DNA of 64,000 bases from an uncultured delta proteobacterium (GTDB taxonomy: Bacteria > Myxococcota > Myxococcia > Myxococcales > Anaeromyxobacteraceae), in NCBI GenBank assembly GCA_963845515.1, contig CAWJSR010000023.1, positions 160,001 through 224,000 on the forward strand, in the 5' to 3' direction. A program made the position numbers and the translations under genes. This document shows positions 28,289 through 37,547 of the stretch, in pieces (positions within the stretch are counted from its first letter, which is position 1; every line of letters begins with the position of its first letter). The notes below the pieces were generated by a model. It had not been told where the DNA came from and did no database searches. It was given only the letters and a program-made list of their open reading frames with translations.

Positions 28289-29722
28289 TCAGGTGTGGGG
28301 CAGCTGGAGCGGGGTTCTTGAGGGAGGGATCGAGAGGGCACAGCCCGAAGCAGGACGGCGAGCGGTGCCAGCAGCCGGCTCGAGCGTCTCCTGGCGCGGT
28401 TCGGCGCGGCTCGTCGCCGCTGCCCGCTCCCGCCGGACGGCGCCGAGCAGCTCCTCCACGAGCGTCACCGCGCCGTCGACTCCGGCGAAGCTGCGGCGAA
28501 GGACCGGGACCGCGTGGACGGGGGCAGCCGTCTCCACGAGGGCGGCGCCGAGGCCGCGGGCGGCGTAATGCTCGAGCGCGCTGCCCAGGATGAGCTCCGG
28601 GCCCGAAGCGGCGAGCGCGCGGGCGATCTCCTGCCGGCTCTCGAGGAACTGGACGTCGACCCCGCCCCCCGCGATCGCGCGGATCGAGGCGGCGATGGAC
28701 GCGTGGCGCTGCGCCGGAGGGCGATCGGTGACGATCACCTGCTCGACCAGCTGTCCCAGCGTCCCGGAGAGGAAGCGGGCCTGGCCGACTGCCGCGGCGG
28801 TCCCGCCCACCACTGCGATCCGCTCCTGGACGTCTCCGAGCAGGAGGCTGGGCGCGGCCTTCTTGAGGAAGTGGCGCAGGCGCGAGTCCAGGCGCGCCCG
28901 GGCGGCATCGACGGTCCTTCCGTCGAGCGAGAGCGCCTCGGCCACCTTCTCCACGAGGAGCGCGGCGTCGCGGCTCCCGACCGGCAGGAACCCGAGGTCC
29001 ACGACCGGCGTGCCATGGCGATCGGCGAGCAGCCGCGCAGCCTCGAGCCCCCACGGCGAGAGCACGACGTTGACGCGCGCGAGGGGCGCCTGGCGCCAGG
29101 CAGCGGTCCCCTGGCCGAGGCCGACCAGCCGGTTCGACCGGAGGCCGAGCTCGGCCAGGATCCCCTCGACCGCCAGGAGGTCCCCCTCCCAACCCGGATC
29201 GCGGCCTGGGACCACTCCCAGCAGGTTCACGTCGGGCCTGTCGCCGCCAGCCTCTGGAGCCAGGATCGACGGGAGCTGCTCGAGGAGCGCGCGCGCGGTG
29301 GAGGCGTAGCCCGTCCAGCCGTTCCCCTTGAAGCCGGGGGCGGCGATCCCGAGGACCGGGAAGCGCTGCTCGGTCGCCTCCTTCACCATCGCGGGCACGT
29401 CGTCCCCGACCACCTCGGGGACGCAGCCGGTGACGACGACGTAGAGGTCGCCAGTGAGCACCTTCAGGGTGTTCTTGATCTGCTCCCGCAGGCGCGAGGT
29501 GCCGCCGAAGACGACCTGCTTCTCGTGCAGGACCGTCGCGCTCGTCTCGCCAGACGAGGAGGCGAGCTGGCCGAGGCCGCCGGCGAAGGCGTCGCCGGAG
29601 ACCCGAGCCGCGACGGCGCACCCGGCGCTGGCGTGGAGGATCGGCACCACGCCGCCGACGGCCTCGAGCAGGCGGAGCGCGCCGTGGAGGGCGCAGCCAT
29701 TCCGGTCTTCGTGCAGGGCCAT
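28289..29722 (-). CDS. Nitrogenase component 1-like beta (K/N-like) subunit
   Basis: GCALHGA, HASAGC, EKQVVFGG..RL, TGCVPEVVGDD. Confidence 0.88.
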   Translation of the reverse strand: MALHEDRNGCALHGALRLLEAVGGVVPILHASAGCAVAARVSGDAFAGGLGQLASSSGETSATVLHEKQVVFGGTSRLREQIKNTLKVLTGDLYVVVTGCVPEVVGDDVPAMVKEATEQRFPVLGIAAPGFKGNGWTGYASTARALLEQLPSILAPEAGGDRPDVNLLGVVPGRDPGWEGDLLAVEGILAELGLRSNRLVGLGQGTAAWRQAPLARVNVVLSPWGLEAARLLADRHGTPVVDLGFLPVGSRDAALLVEKVAEALSLDGRTVDAARARLDSRLRHFLKKAAPSLLLGDVQERIAVVGGTAAAVGQARFLSGTLGQLVEQVIVTDRPPAQRHASIAASIRAIAGGGVDVQFLESRQEIARALAASGPELILGSALEHYAARGLGAALVETAAPVHAVPVLRRSFAGVDGAVTLVEELLGAVRRERAAATSRAEPRQETLEPAAGTARRPASGCALSIPPSRTPLQLPHT

Positions 29723-29724
29723 GC

Positions 29725-31128
29725 CTACTTCACCTCGTGCTTGATGAACCAGTGGGTGCTCTTTCCGAGCCAGCCGGGCTGGTAGAGCGGGGCGTCCTCC
29801 TCCGCGAGGAAGCGCGCGAAGGACGGATGGGCGAGCCGGCGCGAGACCGCGGCGGCGAAGCGCTCCGCGCCCGCGTAGCCGAGGATTGGAACGGCCTGGA
29901 GATCCAGCACGGGTATCCCGAGCCGGAGCGCGTGGACTGCGGCGCTGCCGCTGCCGACGTAGAGATCCGGCTTCAGCGACGCGAGGAGGTTCACCTCCTC
30001 GAAGGCCTGCCCCTCGCCGACGAGAACGCGGAGCCCCGGGTTGGCCGCGGCCAGCGCCTCCAGCGGCGAGGCGTGGCGGGCCGAGACCGTCGTGAGCCCG
30101 ATGCCGGCGAGGCCCAGGCCCAGCTCACCGATCAGCTCGGCGACCCCAAGGGCCTGCTGCGGTGGAAGGCTGACGAAGATCCGTGCTCCAGCGTGGGGCG
30201 CCGTCCGCTCTAGCGCGCCGGCGAGCCGGCGCGCGTGGCGCGTGGCCACCTCGGCGGCCTGCACCGCGCGGCCGGTCGCTTCGCCTACGGCCGCCAACCA
30301 GCGGGTCGTCCCGACGAAGCCGATGGGAGGGGGCGGAGCGAGGTAGGGAACTCCCCGCAGCCGCCGCAGCGCCTCGCCGGCGTACTCGGCCTCGTCGGGA
30401 TCGATGGAGATCGAGAGGCGAGAGGAGGCCACGCGCCCAAGCTCGGAGACGCGCGCCGACCGGGGGAAGAGGACGCTGTCGATGCCGACCTCTCCCAGGA
30501 GCGCCCTGAGCGCGTGGGTCTCCTCGGCCCCCTCGGCGATCGAGAGGAGGGTGACGTGGTCGCCCGCGCTCCCGTGGCGCCCAGGCAGCAGGTGGGACGC
30601 GAGGGCGTGGACGGCCACGTCGTGTCCGGTCGCGGCGACCTTGGAGCGGAACCCGTCGGCGAAGACCGGAAAGACCGGGATCCCCAGCTCGTCGCGCAGC
30701 TCGATGGTCGCCGAGAGGATGTCGTCGTTGTTGATGGCGACCACGGGCGTGGCGACGACCGCGATCGCGCGCGGCGACCGGGTCGCGAAGAGCCCCCGGA
30801 TCGCGTCGTGCAGCTTGTCGTCTCCCCCCATGATCGAGTCGCGCTGGTCGAGCCCCGTCACGACCCACGGTGCGCTCGCTCCCTCCGCGTGCAGGCTGGC
30901 GGCGCAGCCTGCAGGTCCGTCGACCACGATCCCGAGCCCGTCGACCGACCGGAGCAGCGAGAGCGCCCGCTGCACGTCGCTGGGCGTGTCCTGGCTGAAC
31001 GTCCGGACCCGCTGGGCGAGCGGGCCGGCGGCCGCGTCGCGGGCGAGCGCCTCGACGGTGCCGGAGAAGGCGGCGATGACCCCGGTGCGCTTCTCACGGA
31101 TCGGGGCGGTGCGCTGAAGGCTCGACAT
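29725..31128 (-). CDS. Nitrogenase component 1-like alpha (D/E-like) subunit with degenerate ligands
   Basis: IREKR, RTFSQ, GPAGC, IMGG..KL, GFRSK, PIG; only one Cys in the protein. Confidence 0.85.
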   Translation of the reverse strand: MSSLQRTAPIREKRTGVIAAFSGTVEALARDAAAGPLAQRVRTFSQDTPSDVQRALSLLRSVDGLGIVVDGPAGCAASLHAEGASAPWVVTGLDQRDSIMGGDDKLHDAIRGLFATRSPRAIAVVATPVVAINNDDILSATIELRDELGIPVFPVFADGFRSKVAATGHDVAVHALASHLLPGRHGSAGDHVTLLSIAEGAEETHALRALLGEVGIDSVLFPRSARVSELGRVASSRLSISIDPDEAEYAGEALRRLRGVPYLAPPPPIGFVGTTRWLAAVGEATGRAVQAAEVATRHARRLAGALERTAPHAGARIFVSLPPQQALGVAELIGELGLGLAGIGLTTVSARHASPLEALAAANPGLRVLVGEGQAFEEVNLLASLKPDLYVGSGSAAVHALRLGIPVLDLQAVPILGYAGAERFAAAVSRRLAHPSFARFLAEEDAPLYQPGWLGKSTHWFIKHEVK

Positions 31129-31143
31129 GGCGGCGCGCCTCCC

Positions 31144-32016
31144 TCAGATCCCGGCCTGTGCCGAGACGACGCCCTGCTCGCTCTCGAGCACGAGGCTGCC
31201 CCACTTCCTGGCCCACGCTCGGAGGTCGTTTACGGCGAGCGGCTTGGGGATGACCGCCGACCGGTCCTCCAGGACCGTCCTGGCGAGCTGCCGGTAGACG
31301 TCGGCCTGCGCCGACGTCGGGCTCGCCTCGATCACCGTCTGCCCATACAGCTCGGCCTGCGCGACGGTCGTCGAGCGCGGGACGTACTGGATCGCCCGCG
31401 TCCCCGTCGTCGCGGCGAAGTCGTCGATGAGCGAGCGGGCGTACGGCGCCACGAGCGAGTTGGCGATGATCCCGCCGAGCTTGGCGCCGCCCGACGGGGC
31501 GTACTTGTTGATGGCGCGGAAGAGGTTGTTGGCGGCGTAGATCGACATGAAGTCCGAGGACGACACGACGTAGACGCGGTCTGTGAGCCCCTCCCGGATC
31601 GGGACGGCGAAGCCGCCGCACACCACGTCGCCGAGGACGTCGTAGAGGACGACGTCCGGCTTGAACTCCTCGAAGAGGTGCAGCTCGCGGAGCAGCTCGA
31701 TCGCTGCGTTGATGCCGCGCCCCGCGCAGCCGACGCCGGGGACCGGACCGCCCGCCTCGATGCAGAGGACGCCGGAGAAGCCGACCGCAGAGACGTCGGA
31801 GAGCTTCACCTGGGAGCCGTCCCGCGTGGCGTCGAGGACGCTGGGGAGGTAGGCGCCCCCGCGAAGGGTGTTGGTCGAGTCGCTCTTCGGATCGCACCCG
31901 ATCTGGATGACCCGGCTCCCGCCCTCGGCGAGGGCGGCGGCGAGGTTCGAGGTGGTGGTGGACTTGCCGATGCCACCCTTTCCATAGACGGCGATGTGCT
32001 GGGGCCTGTGGCTCAT
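31144..32016 (-). CDS. NifH-like Fe protein
   Basis: [47 protein letters not shown]. Confidence 0.93.
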   Translation of the reverse strand: MSHRPQHIAVYGKGGIGKSTTTSNLAAALAEGGSRVIQIGCDPKSDSTNTLRGGAYLPSVLDATRDGSQVKLSDVSAVGFSGVLCIEAGGPVPGVGCAGRGINAAIELLRELHLFEEFKPDVVLYDVLGDVVCGGFAVPIREGLTDRVYVVSSSDFMSIYAANNLFRAINKYAPSGGAKLGGIIANSLVAPYARSLIDDFAATTGTRAIQYVPRSTTVAQAELYGQTVIEASPTSAQADVYRQLARTVLEDRSAVIPKPLAVNDLRAWARKWGSLVLESEQGVVSAQAGI

Positions 32017-32026
32017 GTGGGTGCGC

Positions 32027-32824
32027 TCAGATCTGGTATTCGATGGTGGGGTCGGAGACGGTGAAGAACTCGCCGTAGATCTTCTTGCGGACGGCGGCGA
32101 AGGCGCCGTCGCTGCGATCGCGCGGGCGAGACAGGTTCACGTCGACGAAGCGGCGTACGGTCCCGGGGCGGCTCGACATGATCGCCACCCGGTCGCCCAG
32201 GAAGACCGCCTCGTCGATGTCGTGCGTCACGAGGATCACGGTCGACCGCTCGGCCTCCCAGATGCGCAGCAGCTCCTGCTGCATCTGGATCTTCGTGAGG
32301 GCGTCCAGCGCGCCGAAGGGCTCGTCGAGGAGCAGCACGCGAGGCTTGTTGACGAGGACCCGCGCGATGGCCGCGCGCTGGGCCATGCCACCAGAGAGCT
32401 GGTGCGGGTAGGCCTTCTCGAAGCCGGCGAGCCCGACCAGGCGGAGCGCATCGGCCACGCGCTCCCGCGCCTCGGCCTTCGGCACCCTGGAGAGGGCGAA
32501 CGCGACGTTCCGCTCCACGGTGAGCCAGGGGAGCAGCCGGCTGTCCTGGAACATGATGCCGCGCTGGAGCGACGGACCGGCGATCGGCGCCCCGTCGACG
32601 GTGACGGAGCCGGTGTCATTCCGCTCGAGCCCGGCGACGATGCGCAGGAAGGTGCTCTTGCCGCACCCACTGCCGCCGATGATCGAGAGGAACTCGCCGG
32701 GGCGGACGTCGACGTTCACGCCCTCGAGGGCGACGACCTCGGCGCCGTTGGCGTTGAAGCGCTTGCCGATGCCGGTCGCCCGGATCGGCGGTGCGGGTTG
32801 CGCGACTGCGTTGGAGTGGCTCAT
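32027..32824 (-). CDS. SsuB/TauB-type ABC ATP-binding protein
   Basis: [38 protein letters not shown]. Confidence 0.92.
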   Translation of the reverse strand: MSHSNAVAQPAPPIRATGIGKRFNANGAEVVALEGVNVDVRPGEFLSIIGGSGCGKSTFLRIVAGLERNDTGSVTVDGAPIAGPSLQRGIMFQDSRLLPWLTVERNVAFALSRVPKAEARERVADALRLVGLAGFEKAYPHQLSGGMAQRAAIARVLVNKPRVLLLDEPFGALDALTKIQMQQELLRIWEAERSTVILVTHDIDEAVFLGDRVAIMSSRPGTVRRFVDVNLSRPRDRSDGAFAAVRKKIYGEFFTVSDPTIEYQI

Positions 32825-32851
32825 GGCGATGGCTTCCGGTCTCCTGGTTGG

Positions 32852-33649
32852 TCAGCTCTCGGCCTGCTGGTGGGATGGTCGCCAGCGGAGGACGTGCCGC
32901 TCGACGAGCCCGATCGCGGTGTTCAGCCCGAAGCCGATCGCGCCGATGACGAAGATCCCGACGATCACCATGTCCATCCGTCCGAGCGACCGCCCCTCGA
33001 TGAGGACGCTGCCGACGCCGGGCGTGATCTGCAGGAAGAACTCCGAGCCGAAGGTCGCGAGCCACGAGGTGACGAGGGCGAGGTGAAGCCCGACCAGGAT
33101 CTGCGGCGCCGCGGAGGGGATGACGACCGACAGGACGAACCGGGCGCGTCCGACCTCCAGCACGCGGGCGAGCTCGCGGTGCTCCGGAGCGAGCGAACGG
33201 ACGCCGACGAAGGTGTTGAAGATCACCGGCGCGACGGAGGCGACGGCGATGAAGGCGATCTTGCAGGAGTCGCCCCCGCCGAACCAGGCCGAGATGAGCG
33301 GGATCCAGGCGAAGACGGCGACCTGGCGCCAGGCGTGGAAGGTGGGGCCGACGAGCCGATCCGCCCAGCGCGAGACGCCCAGCAGCACGCCGAGGGCGAG
33401 CCCCACGGCGACCGCGATGCCGAAGCCGGCGAAGGTCCGGACGAGGCTGGAGCCGACGGCGACCCAGAACCCGGAGTCGAGCAGGTGCTCGCGGGCGGTC
33501 GCGAGGACGACGGCCGGCGACGGCAGCAGGTTGGGGTCCACGCGCGCCAGCCGGGTCGCGGTGAACCAGGCGAGCAGGAGGGACGCGGGCAGCACGAGCC
33601 CGCGCAGCTGGCCCAGGGAGCGGCGGGAGAGAGCGATCGGGACGGTCAT
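32852..33649 (-). CDS. SsuC/TauC-type ABC permease
   Basis: LLPSP..V, AWIPLISAWFG.G, VVIPSAAP. Confidence 0.88.
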   Translation of the reverse strand: MTVPIALSRRSLGQLRGLVLPASLLLAWFTATRLARVDPNLLPSPAVVLATAREHLLDSGFWVAVGSSLVRTFAGFGIAVAVGLALGVLLGVSRWADRLVGPTFHAWRQVAVFAWIPLISAWFGGGDSCKIAFIAVASVAPVIFNTFVGVRSLAPEHRELARVLEVGRARFVLSVVIPSAAPQILVGLHLALVTSWLATFGSEFFLQITPGVGSVLIEGRSLGRMDMVIVGIFVIGAIGFGLNTAIGLVERHVLRWRPSHQQAES

Positions 33650-33661
33650 GGCCGTGCCTTC

Positions 33662-34552
33662 CTAGAACGCGTCGCGCTGCCAGAGCCGCAAGCGGCGCTC
33701 GGCCGCGCTCAGCACCAGGTCGAGGGCCAGGCCGACCACGCCGATCACGACGATGGCCGCGATCACAACGTCGAGCTGGAAGAGCTGGCGCCCCCAGACC
33801 ACCATGAAGCCGACCCCCTCGCTCGAGGCGACCAGCTCGACCACCACGAGGGACATCCACGCGGCGCCGAGCCCGCCGCGCAGACCGGTGAAGAGCGAGG
33901 GGAGGGCGGCCGGAATCGCGATCTTCCAGATGACCTCGTGGCGCCTGAGCTGGTGGACGCGGGCGAGCTCGAACCACTTGGCCGGGATGCCCGCGATCCC
34001 CTTGGCCGTGTTGACCGTCACGGGGAGGGCCGCGGAGTAGGTGATCGCTGCGGTCTTGAGCGGCTCGTCGATCCCGAAGAGGAGGATCAGCAGCGGGATC
34101 CAGGCCATGACGTTGACCTGGTAGACGGCGAAGACGGTCGGCTGCACGTAGCTCCGGAACGAGGACGAGAGGCCGAACGCCGCGCCCAGGGCGAGCCCGA
34201 TGGCAGCGCCGATCCCGAACCCCTTCGCGACGCGGACGGCGCTGACGCTCAGGTTGGAGAGGATCGTCCCGTCGCCCCAGAGCTCACGGAGCGTCTGCCA
34301 GACGACCGCAGGCGGCGGTAGGATCAGCGGTGAGACCCACTCGCGGTCCGCGACGAGCTGCCAGAGCGCGAGGAGGGTCGCAGGGAGGATCGCGGCCGCC
34401 AGCACGGTGCCCGCGCGGGCGACGGCCGGCCTGCGGAGCGTCACGGCGACGCGCCGCAGGACTCTGGAGAGCCGGTTCTCTCGGGGAGCCCCTGCGGCGC
34501 GGGGTCCGAACTCCCCGTTCAGCAACAGCCCGGCAGCGGCATCGGTTTCCAT
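33662..34552 (-). CDS. SsuC/TauC-type ABC permease
   Basis: ILPPP..V, AWIPLLILLFGIDE, PAALPSLFTGLR, VVELVASSEG. Confidence 0.9.
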   Translation of the reverse strand: METDAAAGLLLNGEFGPRAAGAPRENRLSRVLRRVAVTLRRPAVARAGTVLAAAILPATLLALWQLVADREWVSPLILPPPAVVWQTLRELWGDGTILSNLSVSAVRVAKGFGIGAAIGLALGAAFGLSSSFRSYVQPTVFAVYQVNVMAWIPLLILLFGIDEPLKTAAITYSAALPVTVNTAKGIAGIPAKWFELARVHQLRRHEVIWKIAIPAALPSLFTGLRGGLGAAWMSLVVVELVASSEGVGFMVVWGRQLFQLDVVIAAIVVIGVVGLALDLVLSAAERRLRLWQRDAF

Positions 34553-34574
34553 CGGTCCCTCTCTCTTTGGTCCT

Positions 34575-35652
34575 CTAGCGGCTGACGACGGTGGGGTGGC
34601 TCGGCCTGAACTCGGTGTCCTGCTCGTGCCACAGGTGTTCGAGCCCGAGCGTCTTGAGCCCCTGAACCAGGAAGGAAGGGTCGATCCACTTGTCGACGTC
34701 GAAGTCCTTCCGGATCAGCTTGAGCTCGCGCCCCTTCTGGAGGAGCCGCTTGTAGTGAGCGCGGTAGAAGGCGTCGAAGAGGGGGGACGCCCGCTCCCGG
34801 AGGACGAAGGCGTCCCAGTCGCCCTTCCAGGCCGGCAGCCCGAAGCCGCTCTTGGTCCAGACCTGGTAGGCGCGGGCGCGGCTCGACTCCTCGGCGAGCC
34901 ACGCCGCGTCCTTCAGGACGACGTTCACCACGCGCTGCACCAGCTGCGGGTACTTCGCCGCGAAGGGCTCGGTGACGAGCAGGTGGGTGAGGCGGCCCGA
35001 TCTCGGATCGCCCTGTGTCGAATGCACGATCCGAGCGACTCCCCGCTCTACGAGCGGGAAGACGTCGGGGCCTGAGACCTGCGCGTCGATGGCCTTCGAC
35101 AGCAGGGCGGCGTTGCCGTCGAGGACCGACATGTTGACGAGCTTGAAGTCGCTCTCCTTGAGCCCTCTCGAAGCCAGGACGCTGTAGAAGGCGAGCTGAA
35201 GGTTGGTCCCCTTGAAGACCGCGACCCGCTTTCCCTTCAGGTCCTCCAGCGTCCTGGCGGTAGAGTCGGCGGGGACGTTGACGTAGATGGCGATCGAAGC
35301 GGCTGGCCGCCAGGATGAGCCTGGTCGGGAGCCCACCGCCCCTCGCGACGAGCGCCGGCAGATCACCCTGGAAGGCGAAGTCGAGCTGGCCGTTGGCGAG
35401 CGCCTCGTTGACCGCCGGTCCCGCGCCGGAGAAGTAGGTCCACTTCACGGGTATCCCGTCGGGGCGGAACTCGTTCTCGAGGGAGGCGTTGTCGGCCACG
35501 ATCGAGACGAAGGACCAGCCGGAGACGGGGCGACCGCCCGTGCCTACCTGGGCGACGCCGATGCGGATGGCCTCCGGCCGGGGCTCGGCTGCCGTGGCCG
35601 AGGACGCCAGCGACAAGAGCGAGAGGACGACTGCTGCGAGCTGGTTCTTCAT
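34575..35652 (-). CDS. SsuA-like sulfonate-binding protein with apparent frameshift at ~35292
   Basis: N part MKNQ..IRIG..W..F.GAGPAVNEALANGQLDF..GDLP; C part DLKGKRVAVFKGTN in another frame. Confidence 0.82.
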
Positions 35653-35669
35653 TGACGATTCTCCCCGGC

Positions 35670-37124
35670 CTAGAAGCCGAACTGGAGCTGCGCGAGGACT
35701 TCTGTGGATGCGACGTCTTCCGCGCCGCCGACGTGCTGGATGCGTCGATTGACGTTCAGCTGCGCCTTGGTGGTCTCGGCGAAGAAGACGTTGAGACCGG
35801 CGGTGTAGAGCTCGTTTGCGGTTCCTGGTGCCTTTGCGTCGGGCTCCCAGCGGTCGTAGCGGACGAACGGCTGCCAGGTCTTCGGCCACCAGTCGTCGAA
35901 CTTGGCCTGGGTCTTGATGCTCCGGAGGAACTGCTCGCCGAAGCTGTAGAAGGCGGTGGCGGTGTGACCGTTCCTGTCGAACCGGGCTTCCCTCGCAGTG
36001 GCCGCGATCCAGACGTCGTCGACCGCGCGAACGAACTCGTAGGTGAAACCGAGCGGAAAGTGGTTGTAGTAGACGTCGACGCCGTACCGGTTCCTGAGGC
36101 CAGTCGCTACGAGCGCGGGAGTGGCAGGAGCTACGGCCCCGTCGCTGAGCGACGCGCGGCCGAGGTAGGCCGACGCGCCGATCCGCAGCTCGCGGAGCCA
36201 TGAGTTGTAGTCGGCGGGCAGGGTGATCGCGACGCGTCCGACCACGTCCTTGAAGGCGTTGTCGTCGTCGCGGTTCGGCCCGGTGCCGTTGACTACGCCG
36301 AGAGCGAAGGCCAGCAGCGCCTGGCGGTAGTTGTAGCCGAAGTCGAACTGCGTGAAGAACTCGCCGCGAGCGATGAGTCCGATCTGGCGCGCGCCGAGGC
36401 CGGCCTGCACCACGAACTGTGCATTGTTGATGACCGGCTTCAGCTCCTCCGTCGTGTTGCTCTCCAGCCCGAAAGGCACGAGCTGCTGTCCGAGCGTGAG
36501 CGAGAGGCGCGGGCCGTCGTTCTCGATGGTGGGGAGCAGCTGGTAGGTCAGGTTCGCGTCTAGGATGCTGAGGTAATTGAAGTTGGTGCCTGCCGCGGGG
36601 GAGGCGGCGGCGCTGAGCGTGAAGCCGACGTTCCGCGCCTGCTCGTAGTCCCGGTACAGGAGCCCGTTGAAGGCCAGGATCGCCGCGGGGATGTCGAACG
36701 TGGTCTTCCGGTTGTCCAGGAGCGCCGGGTTGTTGACCGAGGTGCTCGCGACGTTCTTGTTCAGTGGCGAGCTGATGAAGGCGCCGTAGTACGCGCCGCG
36801 GGCCTGGACGATCCCGCTGATGAGCAGGTTGCGGGTGGAGAGCGCGCTCTTGGTCTCGCGATCCCGCTGGTACTGGTACTTGAAGTTCTCGAGGTCGGCC
36901 TGGACGCCCTGGACGTCGCCGCGGGAGGCGGCCTCCGCTCCCGCCGATTCGAGCCGGGCCCTCAGCTCGGCCAGCTCCTTCTCGAGCGTCACGAGCGCGT
37001 CGTCGCTCACAGCGGCGGTGGGCGCCGCGCGCTGCTCACCGGCGGCAGACTGGGGCTGGGCGCCGGCCTGCGTTCCGGCCATCAGGAGCGTCAGGGTCAG
37101 CAGTGCTCTGTGGGTCACGTTCAC
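35670..37124 (-). CDS. Outer-membrane porin (OprO/P-like) with N-terminal coiled coil
   Basis: Signal peptide, GQQLVPFGLE, GVVNGTG.N..DDN, PFVRYD, C-terminal QLQFGF; start approximate. Confidence 0.75.
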   Translation of the reverse strand: MNVTHRALLTLTLLMAGTQAGAQPQSAAGEQRAAPTAAVSDDALVTLEKELAELRARLESAGAEAASRGDVQGVQADLENFKYQYQRDRETKSALSTRNLLISGIVQARGAYYGAFISSPLNKNVASTSVNNPALLDNRKTTFDIPAAILAFNGLLYRDYEQARNVGFTLSAAASPAAGTNFNYLSILDANLTYQLLPTIENDGPRLSLTLGQQLVPFGLESNTTEELKPVINNAQFVVQAGLGARQIGLIARGEFFTQFDFGYNYRQALLAFALGVVNGTGPNRDDDNAFKDVVGRVAITLPADYNSWLRELRIGASAYLGRASLSDGAVAPATPALVATGLRNRYGVDVYYNHFPLGFTYEFVRAVDDVWIAATAREARFDRNGHTATAFYSFGEQFLRSIKTQAKFDDWWPKTWQPFVRYDRWEPDAKAPGTANELYTAGLNVFFAETTKAQLNVNRRIQHVGGAEDVASTEVLAQLQFGF

Positions 37125-37153
37125 CTTCCCGCGTGAGGAGTTCCCCGGCACTA

Positions 37154-37170
37154 CTGCAAGGCGCGTGCGC
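37154..37170 (-). promoter_or_regulatory. sigma54-like element (non-canonical)
   Basis: GCGCACG-cgcc-TTGCAG on the minus strand upstream of the porin; same pattern at 43841-43857. Confidence 0.5.
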
Positions 37171-37255
37171 AGCGCCTCCAACATCGCGGATGAGGCCGCC
37201 GATCGCGTCGGGACGGGGCGCGCCCTGCCCTGCCTCGGATCAGTCCGCGTGGAAA

Positions 37256-37269
37256 TCCGTAATAACGGA
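37256..37269. promoter_or_regulatory. 14-bp sulfur box
   Basis: TCCGTAATAACGGA, flanked A..T. Confidence 0.8.
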
Positions 37270-37455
37270 TGCCGTCTTGGGCCTCCCGCGGTCGGTCGCC
37301 GCCCGGCCCGGTCCTCGTCGCCCGCGTCTTCCCCAGGCGGCGCGGATCGCTGGCGGCAGCGTGCGCGCTGGCCCCCGCCACGGCGCCTCCCCGGGTGCGC
37401 CACGGGCCGCCAGCGCCAGGCACGGCGACGCGCCTCTTGGCGCCTGAGAAGCACT

Positions 37456-37532
37456 AGTAGCAGCCGCCGAAACGATCAGCGGCGCTGCGACCGCAAGTGG
37501 GCCGCAGCGCCGCGAAGGCATCGTCTGCTACT
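37456..37532. terminator. Nested inverted repeat downstream of radical SAM 3
   Basis: AGTAGCAG..CTGCTACT enclosing GCGGCGCTGCG..CGCAGCGCCGC. Confidence 0.45.
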
Positions 37533-37547
37533 TCGTGGGCTAGCGCC

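Noticed and set aside
28289..32016. True nitrogen-fixation (nifHDK) cluster
   Set aside because: D-like subunit lacks P-cluster and FeMoco ligands; no nifB/E/N; context is sulfur uptake
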